From Tubiluchus corallicola (Eukaryota > Animalia > Priapulida), in NCBI GenBank assembly GCA_030141605.1, contig JAQGDQ010000599.1, forward strand, positions 53,432 through 117,431: a stretch of 64,000 nucleotides of DNA. Reading direction: 5' to 3'. Below the pieces are notes generated by a model. That model did not search any database. It was not told the origin of the DNA and saw only the letters and a program-made list of their open reading frames with translations. The position numbers were made by a program, and so were the translations under genes. This document shows positions 25,366 to 38,642 of this stretch, piece after piece (the first letter of the stretch is position 1; each line of letters opens with the position of its first letter).

Positions 25366-27317
25366 TTGCTTGGTCATTCTTAGATACAGAACAACTACGT
25401 ATCTTCACTCTTTTTTCCACGGACCACTTATCTGTTGAACTGTTTACCAGAAGAATGTTTGCGTTATTATTTACCACCTCATTGCTTCAAGATGAACATC
25501 AACACACGTTGCTCATTACTAGACAAATATACTTTATAAAATCTACTTTCAAGAATGCTTTACTTTTGGATTCACATTCATATTCTCACATTCAAATTGT
25601 AGTCTCACACCTTGAGTTGCCATTGCACTAGGCTGTGTGATTTATATAAAAACTTTTAATGCCTGCATGGTGAACGTAAAGGCTTCTTTCCGAATTTCCT
25701 GTATTTATTATTGTTGCTGATCATCTATCAGTTTCTAATTTAACTGTGGCACGTGTTTGTCATGACAGCAATGTGTAGTGTTACAGCTTTATGGCGTATG
25801 AGATTGTAAACATGTGGTTTGAGCTCAGAACGCAGCTGCAGACTCCTCTAAATAACTTGCTAGGGCCTCTTCTCCATTAATCAAACTCATCTGTCTCCCG
25901 TGATGAACCTGGTTAGTTTTGGATCACATGAAGGATGTGTGATTTTTTTGACAGCAATTGACTAACCGCATTTGAGGTGGTGAAAGTTGGAAATTTGAAT
26001 GCATGATAAAGTTCATTAATTAATATACAAGTGACAGAAAGACATGGTAGAAGGTTAAATGAACTAATCCAAATGCTTTTCTAAACCTTCAAAATCATTA
26101 ATTGGCTTAATCTGTACAATCAAACTTTATTGTGCGTGCACTTGAATTTATTTGTCTGGTGCCGTTGTTTTGCGAACAGGTTGAAACGCATGTACATATT
26201 TTGTACATATTTACATGTACATGTACATATTTTGTACATGCGTGAGAAATATTTTTTCATCCATTTGCATTATTCAATAAATTCAGAGTGTTAAATTTAA
26301 TTACGATAATTAGTTAAAGCATTTTATACAGTTTGTCTTAAACAAGGCCCTTGGCTACTTAAAGCAATAGCTATAAATTAATTGTGGCTAGACCAGAATC
26401 TAGCTTTTTCAAGGATGAACCTCTGAAATAAGATGCTGGGCTGGCAAATGTGTCTTTATCTACTTTTTGATACATGTATGTCTTTCCTTGCGGAGATAGT
26501 CAGGGCATTGGGACAGCTAAAACTGCTCAGAGTACTCTTACCTTAAGTGTTTTTTACCTGTCACGCATCCATCTGCTCTCCAAGTCTGGCACTGCTTCGT
26601 CAAGCTCGTGCCATGATCACTCAGCTTTTCCTCTCTGCTTCCAGCAGGCTGAGCAATGGTCATTTAGTTCTTCCACTGCATCTGTTGATGCGCATTCCGA
26701 TCTCATTCCGGTAATTGACAACAGGTCATCCCTCCTGCTCTATCAGTGCAGCAGTAGCCTCCTGGCTGTGAGCGTGGTTTCCCTAACGCGGCTTCAGAAT
26801 GTGGCTTCCCTAGTGTGTGCTCAATCTACTTTTTGGCTTCTTTAGACACAGTTTTTTGTTACATATGCAGCAATCAATGAATCTGGCATCGACTTTGACA
26901 CAATTTCAACTTGTCGTGGTTAACTTATTTTGTGTGCAGTAGTTTTTGCTCACGTGTTGTACATATAGAAGCGTATTTATGTGTGTCATTCTACACTATT
27001 CATGATCAGTGATTTCAATTCTTTGCTACGGTTTTCGTCATTGGTGATCTTGTAAATCACTGTGACTGAGAATCGAATGCAGAGGCGCTACATGAACTAA
27101 GTCGTTGAACTATTTCATATACTTTTCCTATAACACTTGTAATTACTTTGTTTTGTAAGTTCAGTGTTGAACTAGATCGGGTATTTTTCCCTGGTAATCA
27201 CTGGTAGAACACTGGTATCTACTGGATCTTTTCATTAACACCAGAAACAATATATTTATCTTGTCTTTGTGCCTGATGGCATTTTGATTTTTCTTTACCA
27301 TCATATAAACATTAAAG

Positions 27318-27440
27318 ATTGATGTATCCTGTACACCCAGTTTGGTACTGGCCTCCCATCCTGTACTGGGAATGGGAGAAAGAATGGTGGTGGTTATGGC
27401 TGCTGCATTGTCCCTGGAAGTGGGAGATGAAAAGAAGGGC
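27318..27440 (+). CDS. Ank2: 123-nt phase-2 Trp-rich cassette or alternative first exon
   Basis: taaag|A...GC|gtaagt; LMYPVHPVWYWPPILYWEWEKEWWWLWLLHCPWKWEMKRR; open and in phase with the ZU5 exon. Confidence 0.55.
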
Positions 27441-27654
27441 GTAAGTACTTCACCGCACTTGTAAAATGTCCTGTATGAATGCATAATCTACTAGCTACAT
27501 TTCATCTTCTTTGCCCGAGCTACAGTGTGAGTTTGTATAAACCTTGTAGGTTCTGTTTGACAGTCTGAGTCAATTTGTAATCATTCGGCATGGACTGCTA
27601 TTTTCTTCCAGCATTTTCACCTGTCTTGAATCTTGACAGTTCCCTTTGTGTCCA

Positions 27655-27930
27655 TTGTATTTAATTGTTTCTATTGCATTTAATTGTTTCTGTTGTATTT
27701 AATTGTTTCTGTTGTAATTAATTGTTTCTGTTGTATTTAATTTTTTCCCTTGTATTTAATTTTTTCCGTTGTATTTAATTGTTTCCGTTGTATTTAATTG
27801 TTTCCGTTGTATTTAATTGTTTCCGCTGTATTTAATTGTTTCCACTGTATTTAATTGTTTCCGTTCTTTCCATTGTATTTAATTTTTTTCGCTGTATTTA
27901 ATTGTTTCTGTTGTATTTAATTGTTTCTAT
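27655..27930. repeat. ~20-bp minisatellite (ttgtatttaattgtttccg)
   Basis: About a dozen degenerate copies. Confidence 0.9.
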
Positions 27931-28690
27931 GTTATTTGATTGTTTATGGTCATTTGTTTTTATTTTTCTTGCTTTGTGTGCGGGTCTACATGATAACTGG
28001 TTTATTGGGAAAAGTAGATTGTCTTTTTCTAAATGGTTGATTTTTTCGTGTCTGAATCAATGCATCTCTGTTGGATATTGTCAGCTGCGTGCTGTATATT
28101 GCAAATTAGTGGATTTTGCTTGGCTTGCAAGGGGATTTACGCCTAATTAACTAGAACTTAACCAGTAATCCTCTACTGTTCTTAATTTCGTACAAATACA
28201 CTTATCATTTCATTGTGTTTGCAGCGAGCTGCACTAATCACATATTGCCATCTTCTGTTTTAATTTTAGCTACTACAAAATTAAGATTCAGTGTTTAAAA
28301 AGCACTTCATTAAACTTTCACGCAAGCTGAGCAGCACCACTGCAAAAATTGCTAAAAGAGAATTAAGATCTTGCCAAATGAAATGCTAAAATAATAAGAA
28401 GAGCATGAATAATTCACTGAAATTATGATGGTTCTGTAATCAGCCGTGTATTCTGATTAATTATTCACTGTATTTTACATCTTATTGGTGGCTGTATAAA
28501 GATAGGCTTGTAAATTTCTCCCCTGGAAGTCATTTTGATTGATTTTTCTATAGTTTGTGTATCACCCCAGGGCATGTTTGCATTGTCCACGCCTTGCAGT
28601 GGTCATAGCTGATTTATGCGTTCTGGTTACTGGAATGGACGAGGAAAGTCAGTGTATGCTCACCATGACTTTGTGTAAATCAGCAGTTAA

Positions 28691-29128
28691 AGGAAAACTG
28701 AATGATTGTGTAAACATGAGCTTAGAATAAAAAATGCTCTAAAATATTGAAAACTACAATAGCTTTTTTTAAATCAAAGCTTAGATTAAATAATAATTAC
28801 CTCGGATACTCAAATTTCATGAAACTTTCAAAGCTACACGCGGTTCAGTGAATTTACGTAGAGCCCATTTTTCATGACATCATGCGTTTAAACAGTACTG
28901 TAACACTTATGGAAATGTGCTTGATGCACAAGCAAAGATGCCTACCATTGCACAAACTGTGGTTAGTTTGTGACATAAACAATAGCTGTGTTCGGTTACC
29001 GTTAATTAAATTTCTAAGCTAATTATTCAAATATAAGGAACAATTGTTAACTTTTATAGGCAAGAAAACGTATATTTTGGACAGTAAATTAAAATGAGAT
29101 TGAGTGTAAAGAATCGGCCGGTTTTCCT
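28691..29128. mobile_element. Kolobok-like MITE
   Basis: ttaa|aggaaaac...gttttcct|ttaa; internal 28861-29059 also occurs at 6234-6434. Confidence 0.6.
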
Positions 29129-32082
29129 TTAACGTTCTAATGCTGCATTTACACCGAATGCTGTTAGTTCATTTTAATTTTCCCCTTGAGTGAAAGCAGG
29201 TACTCTGCTGACTGATCAGGAGGGTTTCTTGTTTGTTTGCTTGCAGCTTCTGGCCTAATTTTAGACCGCCAAGTCAGTGTTTTTCTACATCCGAGAAACT
29301 TGTGCTGAGCATCCTCGATTCCTGACACCAGCAAACTACACGGTGGACTAAAAAAATTCTATCTATTTTTGAGAAGTTGGGCCCTAGAATTTGTTTGCTA
29401 GTATTTGCAGTGGATTGCAGAACAGCTTAGATACAAATATTAATGAGTTTTGCACTTTCCATTCTGCTTTCAAATGCTCCCTGTAAGCTTTTTGCTAGCT
29501 GCTGTTTGCTTTTGAGATGGTCATAAACTAAATTTTATTGCAATTTGTGGATAGTCAGCATACTCCTTACGAGGTAAAACAAGGCTGTACGTGAACAGGG
29601 TCAACTGCCATTTTGATGTTAAAAATTTCAGGCTAATTAAAACTGTTTTATTCATTTATGACTACGATTAGTGTGGGTGGAAAACTAGTAAGTTGTGCAA
29701 CACCCAAGCTGGTCTGCAGCAAGTGTAAAAAACTTTAGGGTGGAAATGGTATTAAATGAAACTTGTGTTTGTTTTTAATTTTATAAATTTATGTTTAATA
29801 CAATTGTTCAATGAATTCGGTGCGTTCACGTGAGTAATGTTGGAAGGTTCGAATCTGTGTTTCTGATTGTTTTTTTTTAAATTGAATAGCTGTATACAGG
29901 CTGTGCACTTAACAGGTTTGATCATTTTTGTGAACATTCATCTTACGTTCTTTTTAAATTTAAGTACTGATATTGTGTTATTCTGCTTCGTAATGTTTTC
30001 CTTATAGAAACACGTGTGACTCTTAAGCTATTTTTATTCATTTGACTTAACTTTCCCCTTCTTAATCAATGTTTTCATTGTCCTGTTTTCATAAATCCAA
30101 CAGTTTCTTATTAAAAATACTCTTAGAAAAATTGATTTTAGCATTATTAGTCATGTTTTAATGAGAGTTGATCTTATTGACAACTATATGCCACATGTAG
30201 AAGGATGTCATAATATTACTTTAGACAAAGTTTTTGTCTTGTTGAACATCAGTTTGTGGTGAATTAATTAGTTGTTGTGTCAGTAAGCACTCCAGTTGAC
30301 ATCAATTTTATGTGAGAAGAATGAAAGACTAAAACAGAAAAAGTTTTTTTCTCATTTAACATCAGTTTGTGGTAAATTAATTGGTTGTTGTGTCAGTAAG
30401 CGCTCAATGTAAATACTCCAGTTGTCAACAATTTTATGTGAGAAGAATGAAAGACTAAAACAACATTCCGAATGTTTAGGATGTGATTGTAATCAAAGGG
30501 CAACGTTCTCTACCGGGGTGGCCTTACGTAAAACCTAAAACATGTTTGTTTGTTTGTTTGTTTTTCTTTTTATTCTTCTAAATGTTTTCGAGATAAAATT
30601 TCTAATGTTGCACGTTTGTCGAAGTTTTCAAATTTAGTTTCTTTACGGTTCATCTTTCGTCTAGGTCATTTGGGCTGAGAATTTTTAAAGTATATGTAGT
30701 TCTCACTGCGATTATTTTTAGCGTTGCGTAAACATGTTTCTAGTACGCGGTCCTGGTTGAAGATGTCGTCAGTTGCTACATTTTGTTTTCCTAAAGATTT
30801 GCTGGGATAACAAATGCCACATGTAAACTGTTTAGCGCTTTGTGGTTTTTTATAGCATTTTTATGTTTAAGCAAAGCGTTTCTAGCTTATAGGAACTGTC
30901 CTAATAGGAATCTTAATTATGATTATCTTTATAGGGTGTGCCATGTATAAATACGTATCCTATATAATTATAGCGTAGTTTACATGTAGTTTATACTTCA
31001 GTAGAAATAAAAAATTTGTACGATAGAATTTTCACACATTTGATAATAAATTTTATGAGACTAACTGATGCACTTGCTTTTCGAATTATTCTCGAAGATT
31101 TTCCGCATTAGAAAAGTTTTGCACTGCAGACGGATCAAAAGTAGACGTTTTTGTTTCGCATAGCAGAAAGTTTGCTATATACGTTTACTGGGAGTGACTG
31201 TCTACCGAGACTTGTGCGCATTAAATATACGAAAGGTTAAAAATGCATTTTATCTCTATTAGTTTTTTCTACTTTTGACACCTTACTGTTGCATAATAAT
31301 TAGGTAAGAATCAACAAAGGACACCTGGGTTTGAGTTTGTTTCAAAAGTGGGCTGTAAATCGGTCTATGTTTGGAACCAGTCTTAATCTAGTATAAAAAT
31401 CAGAATGTTATTAATATCACCTACAACTACTGCCTTGTTTACAAGCTCAAAAAAGTCGGATTCTTCCTGGGTTACCTAATGAATTCTCTGGAGAAAAATT
31501 TAGTACAATGGGTTAGGAACCTGATGAATTCTCTGGAGAAAAATTTAGTAGAATGGGTTAGGTATGCTTAACCTGTAGGTCTCTATAGACTTTAATTATA
31601 TTTGAATGCATGTAGAAAGTGTTATATTTATATGTTAACTGGGAGTGATTAAATGGAGCTTTTGTAACAGCAACTAATCAGTGGTGAGTTTGTTAATCGC
31701 ATGCTTGTAAGCAAATTTAGATTGAGTCAGTATGTGCTATTGATGTGTATTGCAAAGAAATTGTCTGTTGTCTCTTGTAGGTTAAACGGGCAATTCTGTT
31801 TCAGAATTATTGTTCTTTTTACAGAATTAAACAAAAACTAAAAATGTTAATTTATTTTGTTTAGTGCATAGAAAATCTTTCATTGTTTTTTTATCATTAA
31901 ATCAAAATGACCATTGATATTGATATTATTATTTGTGTTGTTGTACATTGTTATTCTTTTGTAAATTATTTGTCAGTTTAGCTTGATACGGGTGTTTAAT
32001 ATGTGTAACGTTTTGCTTAAAATAGTCCATCATTTTTTGCATACCATGAACTTGTGTAATTTCGAATATTTTGCTGTTTTAG

Positions 32083-32307
32083 CTTCTTGGTAAGTTTCAT
32101 GGTGGACGCAAGAGGTGGCGCCATGCGTGGCTGCCGTCACAGTGGCGTACGGATCATCATTCCCCCGCGCAAGGCTCCGTCGCCGATGCGGATCACTTGT
32201 AAACTAGTGAAAAAGGAGAAACTGATGCATCCACCCCCGCTGATGGAGGGAGAGGCGCTTGCTAGTCGAGTGCTAGAGATGGGTCCTGCAGGGGCGAGAT
32301 TTTTAGG
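32083..32307 (+). CDS. Ank2: Ankyrin ZU5-N exon
   Basis: tttag|C...GG|gtgag; 225 nt, phase 2-2; [28 protein letters not shown]...[18 protein letters not shown]. Confidence 0.96.
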
Positions 32308-32834
32308 GTGAGATATTTCTTAGATTCAGTTTTAAAATTTCAGATAGGTTTGCCGAATGTTTTGCTTGAAAGCAAGTGTTTAAAAATACATCCAAACCAC
32401 TAAAGTGTTTTATATACAGTTTCTCAGTACGTAAACAAATAGTTTTTAATGTGCGTTATCTTATAATCATAATTTATAAAAACCTATTATAGACTGGAAT
32501 AATTCAACAAGGTCTTCATTTACTAAACACGTTTTCAAAAGCTATAGGCAATTGCTACTTCGTGCTCGGAAAGGGGTGCTTATTCAGTTTTATCATTTTG
32601 CGATGAAGCCGTCAGTACCTGTCCTCTTGTGTGTCTAAATGATTACCTGTCTACTAGAAGCAGATGTCAATTGACTCGTGCATTACGTATTTTCATTATA
32701 ATATTAATTACAACACATTTGGATGATATTTGCACAAAGTTGTACAGAATCACAGCAGTGTGTCATCTTTTATTTTATATATTATATTTAATTAAAGGTT
32801 TCCACGTTACAACACTGTTTTTATATATCAGTAT

Positions 32835-32970
32835 ATCGTCATCATCATCATCATTATCATCATCGTCATTATCATCATCATCATCATCATCATCGTCGTC
32901 GTCATCATCATCATCATTGTCGTCGTCATTGTCGTCGTCGTCATCATCATCATCACCACCATCACCATCA
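32835..32970. repeat. (TCA)n/(TCG)n microsatellite
   Basis: Direct inspection. Confidence 0.9.
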
Positions 32971-33083
32971 ACCGTCACAGCACTTTCACCCCGGCGCCCT
33001 ATCTTGCTATTCTTTTGACTTTCTTCATTATTTGGTATTGGCAAAAATGAGAACGAAAACAGATATTAAATATTTTTGTAGTA

Positions 33084-33788
33084 CCTATTAGTGGACATTG
33101 AAATTTACCATTGTTGTAGAAAATGGCCTACATTAGGCCTATTAGTGGACTTTGAAATTTACCATTGTTGTAGAAAATGGCCTACATTAGGCCTATTAGT
33201 GGACATTGAAATTTACCATTGTTGTAGAAAATGGCCTACATTAGGCCTATTAGTGGACATTGAAATTTACCATTGTTGTAGAAAATGGCCTACATTAGGC
33301 CTATTAGTGGACATTGAAATTTACCATTGTTGTAGAAAATGGCCTACATTAGGTCTATTAGTGGACATTGAAATTTACCATTGTTGTAGAAAATGGCCTA
33401 CATTAGGCCTATTAGTGGACTTTGAAATTTACCATTGTTGTAGAAAATGGCCTACATTAGGCCTATTAGTGGACATTGAAATTTACCATTGTTGTAGAAA
33501 ATGGCCTACATTAGGCCTATTAGTGGACATTCAAATTTACCATTGTTGTAGAAAATGGCCTACATTAGGTCTATTAGTGGACATTGAAATCTACCATTGT
33601 TGTAGAAAATGGCCTACATTAGGCCTATTAGTGGACTTTGAAATTTACCATTGTTGTAGAAAATGGCCTACATTAGGCATATTAGTGGACATTGAAATTT
33701 ACCATTGTTGTAGAAAATGGCCTACATTAGGCCTATTAGTGGACATTGAAATTTACCATTGTTGTATAAAATGGCCTACATTAGGCCT
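33084..33788. repeat. 57-bp intronic minisatellite, ~12 copies
   Basis: cctattagtggacattgaaatttaccattgttgtagaaaatggcctacattagg-type unit repeated head to tail, nearly identical, no spacers. Confidence 0.95.
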
Positions 33789-33969
33789 TGGAGGCCTAAT
33801 TAAGTAAAGGAACGTAATTCACTAAATACAAACTCTGACAATTTTATTCTAATTTTTCGCATGTAAACTTAATACTGCATATGCCAGTTTAGCACTGTAA
33901 TCAAAAGTATGACTTAGGTTTAGTGATCAACAGAAGTTGTACAGTTGTGTTTCTTCTGTATTAATGGAC

Positions 33970-34463
33970 GAGATGTGATTGCACCCCATAACCAGTATTC
34001 ATGTGACCTTGACATGTGATTACACCCTATAACCAGTATTCATGTGACCTTGAGTTGCGATTACACCCCATAACCAGTATTCATGTGACCTTGAGATGTG
34101 ATTACACCCCATAACCAGTATTCATATGACCTTGACATGTGATTACACCCCATAACCAGTATTCATGTGACCTTGAGATGTGATTACATCCCATAACCAG
34201 TATTCATATGACCTTGAGATGCGATTACACCCCATAACCAGTATTCATGTGACCTTGAGATGTGATTACACCCCATAACCAGTATTCATATGACCCTGAG
34301 ATGCGATTACACCCCATAACCAGTATTCATGTGACTTTGAGATGTGATTACACCCCATAACCAGTATTCATATGACCTTGAGATGCGATTATACCCCATA
34401 ACCAGTATTCATGTGACCTTGGGATGTGATTACACCCCATAACCAGTATTCATGTGACCTTGA
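33970..34463. repeat. 41-bp minisatellite, 12 copies
   Basis: gagatgtgattacaccccataaccagtattcatgtgacctt repeated. Confidence 0.95.
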
Positions 34464-35270
34464 AATATTTCCGGTGGGGGTTTTATTGTAGAGTGCTATG
34501 GACCAGTGGATGGTTCTTGAAATTACAGAATTTTTCAATTACTGCACATTAATTAAGTCGCAGCTACTTGGGCATGTCGCTGTTATACTGCTTTCTTTTA
34601 ATTCATGTCAGATCAAATCTCTGATGCAGTGTACAAAAACATGATGCAGATGTTTGATTAGGCATGCATAAATGCATGCAGGCTTGGTTCAGTTGGTGGC
34701 ATACATGCAGAACCTTACCATTGGCGAGGGAGGAATCTTCTGGCTTCCTGGATTAGAGCCAAAAGTGAAGCCAGATGTTTGCTATCAAGTAAACCGGTCA
34801 CGTGACACAACTATCAGTAGCATCTGCATGTTGCAACTAGTAGTTTGCTAGAACAGTAAATACAGTATCTAGGAAGAAGGGAATGGCCGTCTTTCCTAGT
34901 TTCAGATCATTTTGGGAAGCCAATAAACATATCGTTGTAGCTACTAAACATTACATTACAACACACCATTTTTACATTATTGGCATTTTGAGACACAACT
35001 ATAGAGCAAGTGTTTAACAGGGGAATTTTTCAATACTGTAATTGAAAAAGGAAGAACTGTGAGAAAATTGGTGTGAAATTTAGTGTGTAGGAGTTATAGA
35101 ATTCATTTCTGCTTTCATTTGTCTGTTTGCTCATTCATTTGTTCATTCATTCATTTCTGCTTTCATTTGTCTGTTTGCTCATTCATTTGTTAATGTTTTG
35201 CTAATTAGTTACTAGCTGTAATATATTTCTGGACCTCTAGGCTTTTTGCATATCCTATTTATAATGTTGT

Positions 35271-35408
35271 TCCATGCTTAAAGCTCAATGTCATTCCGTG
35301 CTTAAAGCTTAATGTCATTCCGTGCCTAAAGCTCAATGTCATTCCGTGCCTAAAGCTCAATGTCATTCCGTGCCTAAAGCTCAATGTCATTCCATGCTTA
35401 AAGCTCAT
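35271..35408. repeat. 23-bp minisatellite, ~6 copies
   Basis: taaagctcaatgtcattccgtgc repeated. Confidence 0.9.
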
Positions 35409-35445
35409 TGTTATACGTGTACTAATCATGTACGTGACATTGCAG

Positions 35446-35606
35446 GCCAGTTATAATAGAGGTGCCACATTTTGCATCGCTCCGTGGGAAGGAACGAGAG
35501 ATCACGATTATGCGCAGTGATAATGGAGAGACGTGGAGGGAGCACACACTAGAAGCTAATGAGACGGCCGTGCAAGACGTACTCAATGAGAGCTTCGAGG
35601 GAGAAG
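35446..35606 (+). CDS. Ank2: Ankyrin ZU5-N exon
   Basis: tgcag|G...AG|gtgtg; 161 nt, phase 2-1; PVIIEVPHFASLRGKEREI...SDNGETWREH. Confidence 0.95.
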
Positions 35607-35657
35607 GTGTGTTGTCTTTATGCAACTTGTTCTCGCTCTTATACGCGGACAGTCATG

Positions 35658-36073
35658 CAGGGATGAGAATATTCCGTGGATACGTGGAATTCACAGTTTT
35701 TGGAAGACCAGTAGTGCCATTTTTGTAAATCGCATAAATTCTTTGAGAAAATTTTCACGGACCCAGTACATTATTTCACAAGCTGACCACTAGTTGGCAA
35801 GCCGTCACTTTGTTTACATCACGTACATCAGTGTAAACACGTGCATATCTCTATGTATAAAAATATAGAATTAATTGCGCAGAGTTATTTGAGTCAATTG
35901 CAGACATTTTTTAAATACTTTTGCATAGGAGGAACCAGTATTTAGCTGTTTTTGAGACAATTAGGTATCATGTATCCTTGATAGTTGGGTATTTTAGATT
36001 ATGCATGAAACAAGGTGATTGATATTTTAAGTCCAATTAGAGGCACTCTATGGTCACAAAATTGCTATTTGTT
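35658..36073 (+). mobile_element. hAT-like MITE family A, 3'-truncated copy
   Basis: Starts cagggatgagaat and is colinear with the 38960 copy up to cacaaaattgc. Confidence 0.75.
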
Positions 36074-36553
36074 ATGTCCTTCTGCTTTTGCTGTAGTTAT
36101 TTTTATCCACAGTACACTCATGTCTCGGCTTGCCCGACCTTGCTTTTACGGATATCGGAAAAACTGACAAAATCTGGACCGCTAAAAGTCCTGCATACTA
36201 TAGTGTTGTTTCGTGAGCTGACTGCTAGCTGGTCACTTCGTTTACATCATTACATCAGTGCAACCAAGCAGCATGTAATGACACGTTTGTAGCTTGTATG
36301 TCAGGACCGGCCTGTATTAGACGTTTTTGAGGCAATTAGGCAATTGATTCTACGTTACCGTGATTCTAATACACGGCGCCTACCGTATTAGCTTATTATC
36401 GGCAAATACGGACAATCGGCAAATTCTGACCGATGTCTTCCCGCTTTCGTCCGGCAAACCAAGATATGAGTGTGTTCTTAAACTGTTGCACTAATTTGTT
36501 TTTATACATATTTATAATTTTCCCAGCACAGTGCTTTGATTTTGATTTTTCAG

Positions 36554-36765
36554 AACTGGATGCGATAGAAGATTTACACACAAACAGAATAACACGAATC
36601 CTCACAAACGACTTTCCAGTTTACTTTGCCATCGTAACTCGAATACACCAGGAGAGCCGGACAGTCGGCCCTGAAGGGGGCATGGTTAGCTCGACCGTTG
36701 TGCCACAGGTGCAGGCGATGTTTCCGGAAGGAGCGCTGCAGAAGAAGATTCGCGTTGGCCTTCAG
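36554..36765 (+). CDS. Ank2: Ankyrin ZU5-N/ZU5-C exon
   Basis: ttcag|AA...CAG|gttgg; 212 nt, phase 1-0; [20 protein letters not shown]...[15 protein letters not shown]. Confidence 0.95.
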
Positions 36766-37029
36766 GTTGGTTCCTCTTCTAAAAATGGATCAAAAGTTAG
36801 AAAGAACTTTTTTGTCGCTAGTAGAAACATTTTAGCTACTTGCATGATAATCTATTCAAAAGTAAGTTAGGGGTAACTTAAGGTATCTTATAAATAGTAT
36901 GGCTGTCAAATGTTCAAAGGAAATACCCTGAAAGCCTCTCATACTGCACTATGACCAGGGTTTTGCATATGGCTTTTTTTGTTTAGAAAAAAAGGCTACT
37001 GTTTGTGAGATAATCTATAATAATCTATA

Positions 37030-37188
37030 ATGATGATGATGATGATGATGATGATGATGCTGATGGTGATGCTGATGGTGATGGTGATGGTGATGGTGAT
37101 GGTGATGGTGATGATGATGATGATGATGATGATGATTATGATGATGATGATGCTGATGCTGAGCTGATGGTGATGGGGATGATGATGA
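37030..37188. repeat. (GAT)n/(GATGGT)n microsatellite
   Basis: Direct inspection. Confidence 0.9.
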
Positions 37189-37603
37189 TAAATAATATTA
37201 AAAATAATCTATAATAGATAATATAATCAGTGTCAGTATTAACTACTTGAAATAATACCACTCTTCAATTTTACACGGTTCTTGTGGTGTGTTTTCCCAC
37301 TATTTTTGCTTTGCCTGTTTAACCTCTGACCCATACATTTCATAAATATTTTGTGTTTTTGTGTATGGATCATATGATGTTTTGTTCTGGCCAACGTTGG
37401 CCAAATTTTTCTTAACTTTGAATCTAATGAGATGCGAAAAAAACTATTCAAAGTTGAAATTTAAGCTGTGTTCACCTTATATCTGTTTAATATACTTGTG
37501 CTTGCTACAAGTAAAAATTTAATGGGTTCCAGGAAAAATTAAGAATTTTCTATACTTCTTTTAAAGCATACACTTGTTTGATTAACGTTCAATGTTTTTC
37601 TAG

Positions 37604-37905
37604 GCTCAACCAATTCCTTCTGACACTGTTCGCAAGTTGCTAGGCAACCGCATCGCTGTGAGTCCTATTGTTACTGTAGAACCGAGACGTAGGAAATTCC
37701 ACAAACCGATCACGTTAACCATTCCGGTACCGCAGGCAGCAAGCAAGGGCATGATAAACCAGTATGGCGGGGACGCGCCCACGCTACGGTTGCTCTGTAG
37801 TATCTCAGGTGGCGCTCAGCCTGCACAGTGGGAGGACATTACGGGAACAACGCCACTCACACTTGTTAACCAGTGTGTGTCATTCACCACGACTGTTTCT
37901 GCAAG
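37604..37905 (+). CDS. Ank2: Ankyrin ZU5-C exon
   Basis: tctag|GCT...AG|gtatt; 302 nt, phase 0-2; AQPIP...[22 protein letters not shown]...SFTTTVSAR. Confidence 0.95.
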
Positions 37906-38642
37906 GTATTGTTAATTGCATAATTTAAGCACTGTCGTTTATTAGCATTGCATTGTATTGTATGGTTAAAATTTTTGGAAATGTCATGTACTCTACATAT
38001 TCTTGAAATATAGTATAAGTGTAAAGTGTAAGGTTTTGTTAGAAATGTATCTGTAGACGTGTTTGATGAAAAATTGATTTGATTTTAAGCTTGTAAGATT
38101 GTTGTTGAACAAGTGTACTGTCTCGCTTTGACTTGAGTCTATTTGGAAACTTACACATATCTGACGCACTGTTCAAGACAATTTCTGACATTGCCAGTTA
38201 TTCTGTCTTCATGTCATCATCCATTAATTGAGCAAGGAAATTTTTTGGTTTAGCATTGTTTTTCAAAATATGATGCTCTATGAATAATGAAGCAATGCTG
38301 AGCAATGAGAAATAGTTTGGTAAACCTCTGAGCTTCACTTTTGAATATTTTTCTTACTCCTTGTCAGGTTGTTGAGACTGTACTGAAAGGAACAGGCCTA
38401 GTGATAAAGAAGTAAAATTTTGTAATAAAATCATTTTCAAATGAATTTGTATCCTCAAATCTTAGCCTTATAAACGAGTGTACGAACATCGATGAAACAT
38501 TTTTACTAAAAATGAATTTGTAATATTCCGGTTTTTAAAAATTGTGTAGTTAAAACATGGATCATGTTGATGACTGAATCATATGTAGGTCTAGCACACG
38601 TACAGTTTATAATTTAGCGAAAATTCTGTTATAAAATTTTAG

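Noticed and set aside
26474-26845. GC-richer island with a 123-aa ORF; possible nested gene
   Set aside because: No recognisable domain on either strand and no phase-compatible splice pair found.
33091-33807. 238-aa repetitive ORF (DIEIYHCCRKWPTLGLLV)n, or a CRISPR-like array
   Set aside because: By-product of a 57-bp (multiple of 3) intronic minisatellite; no unique spacers, no cas genes, eukaryotic context, no convincing splice sites. Same unit length as the coding repeat but no sequence similarity.
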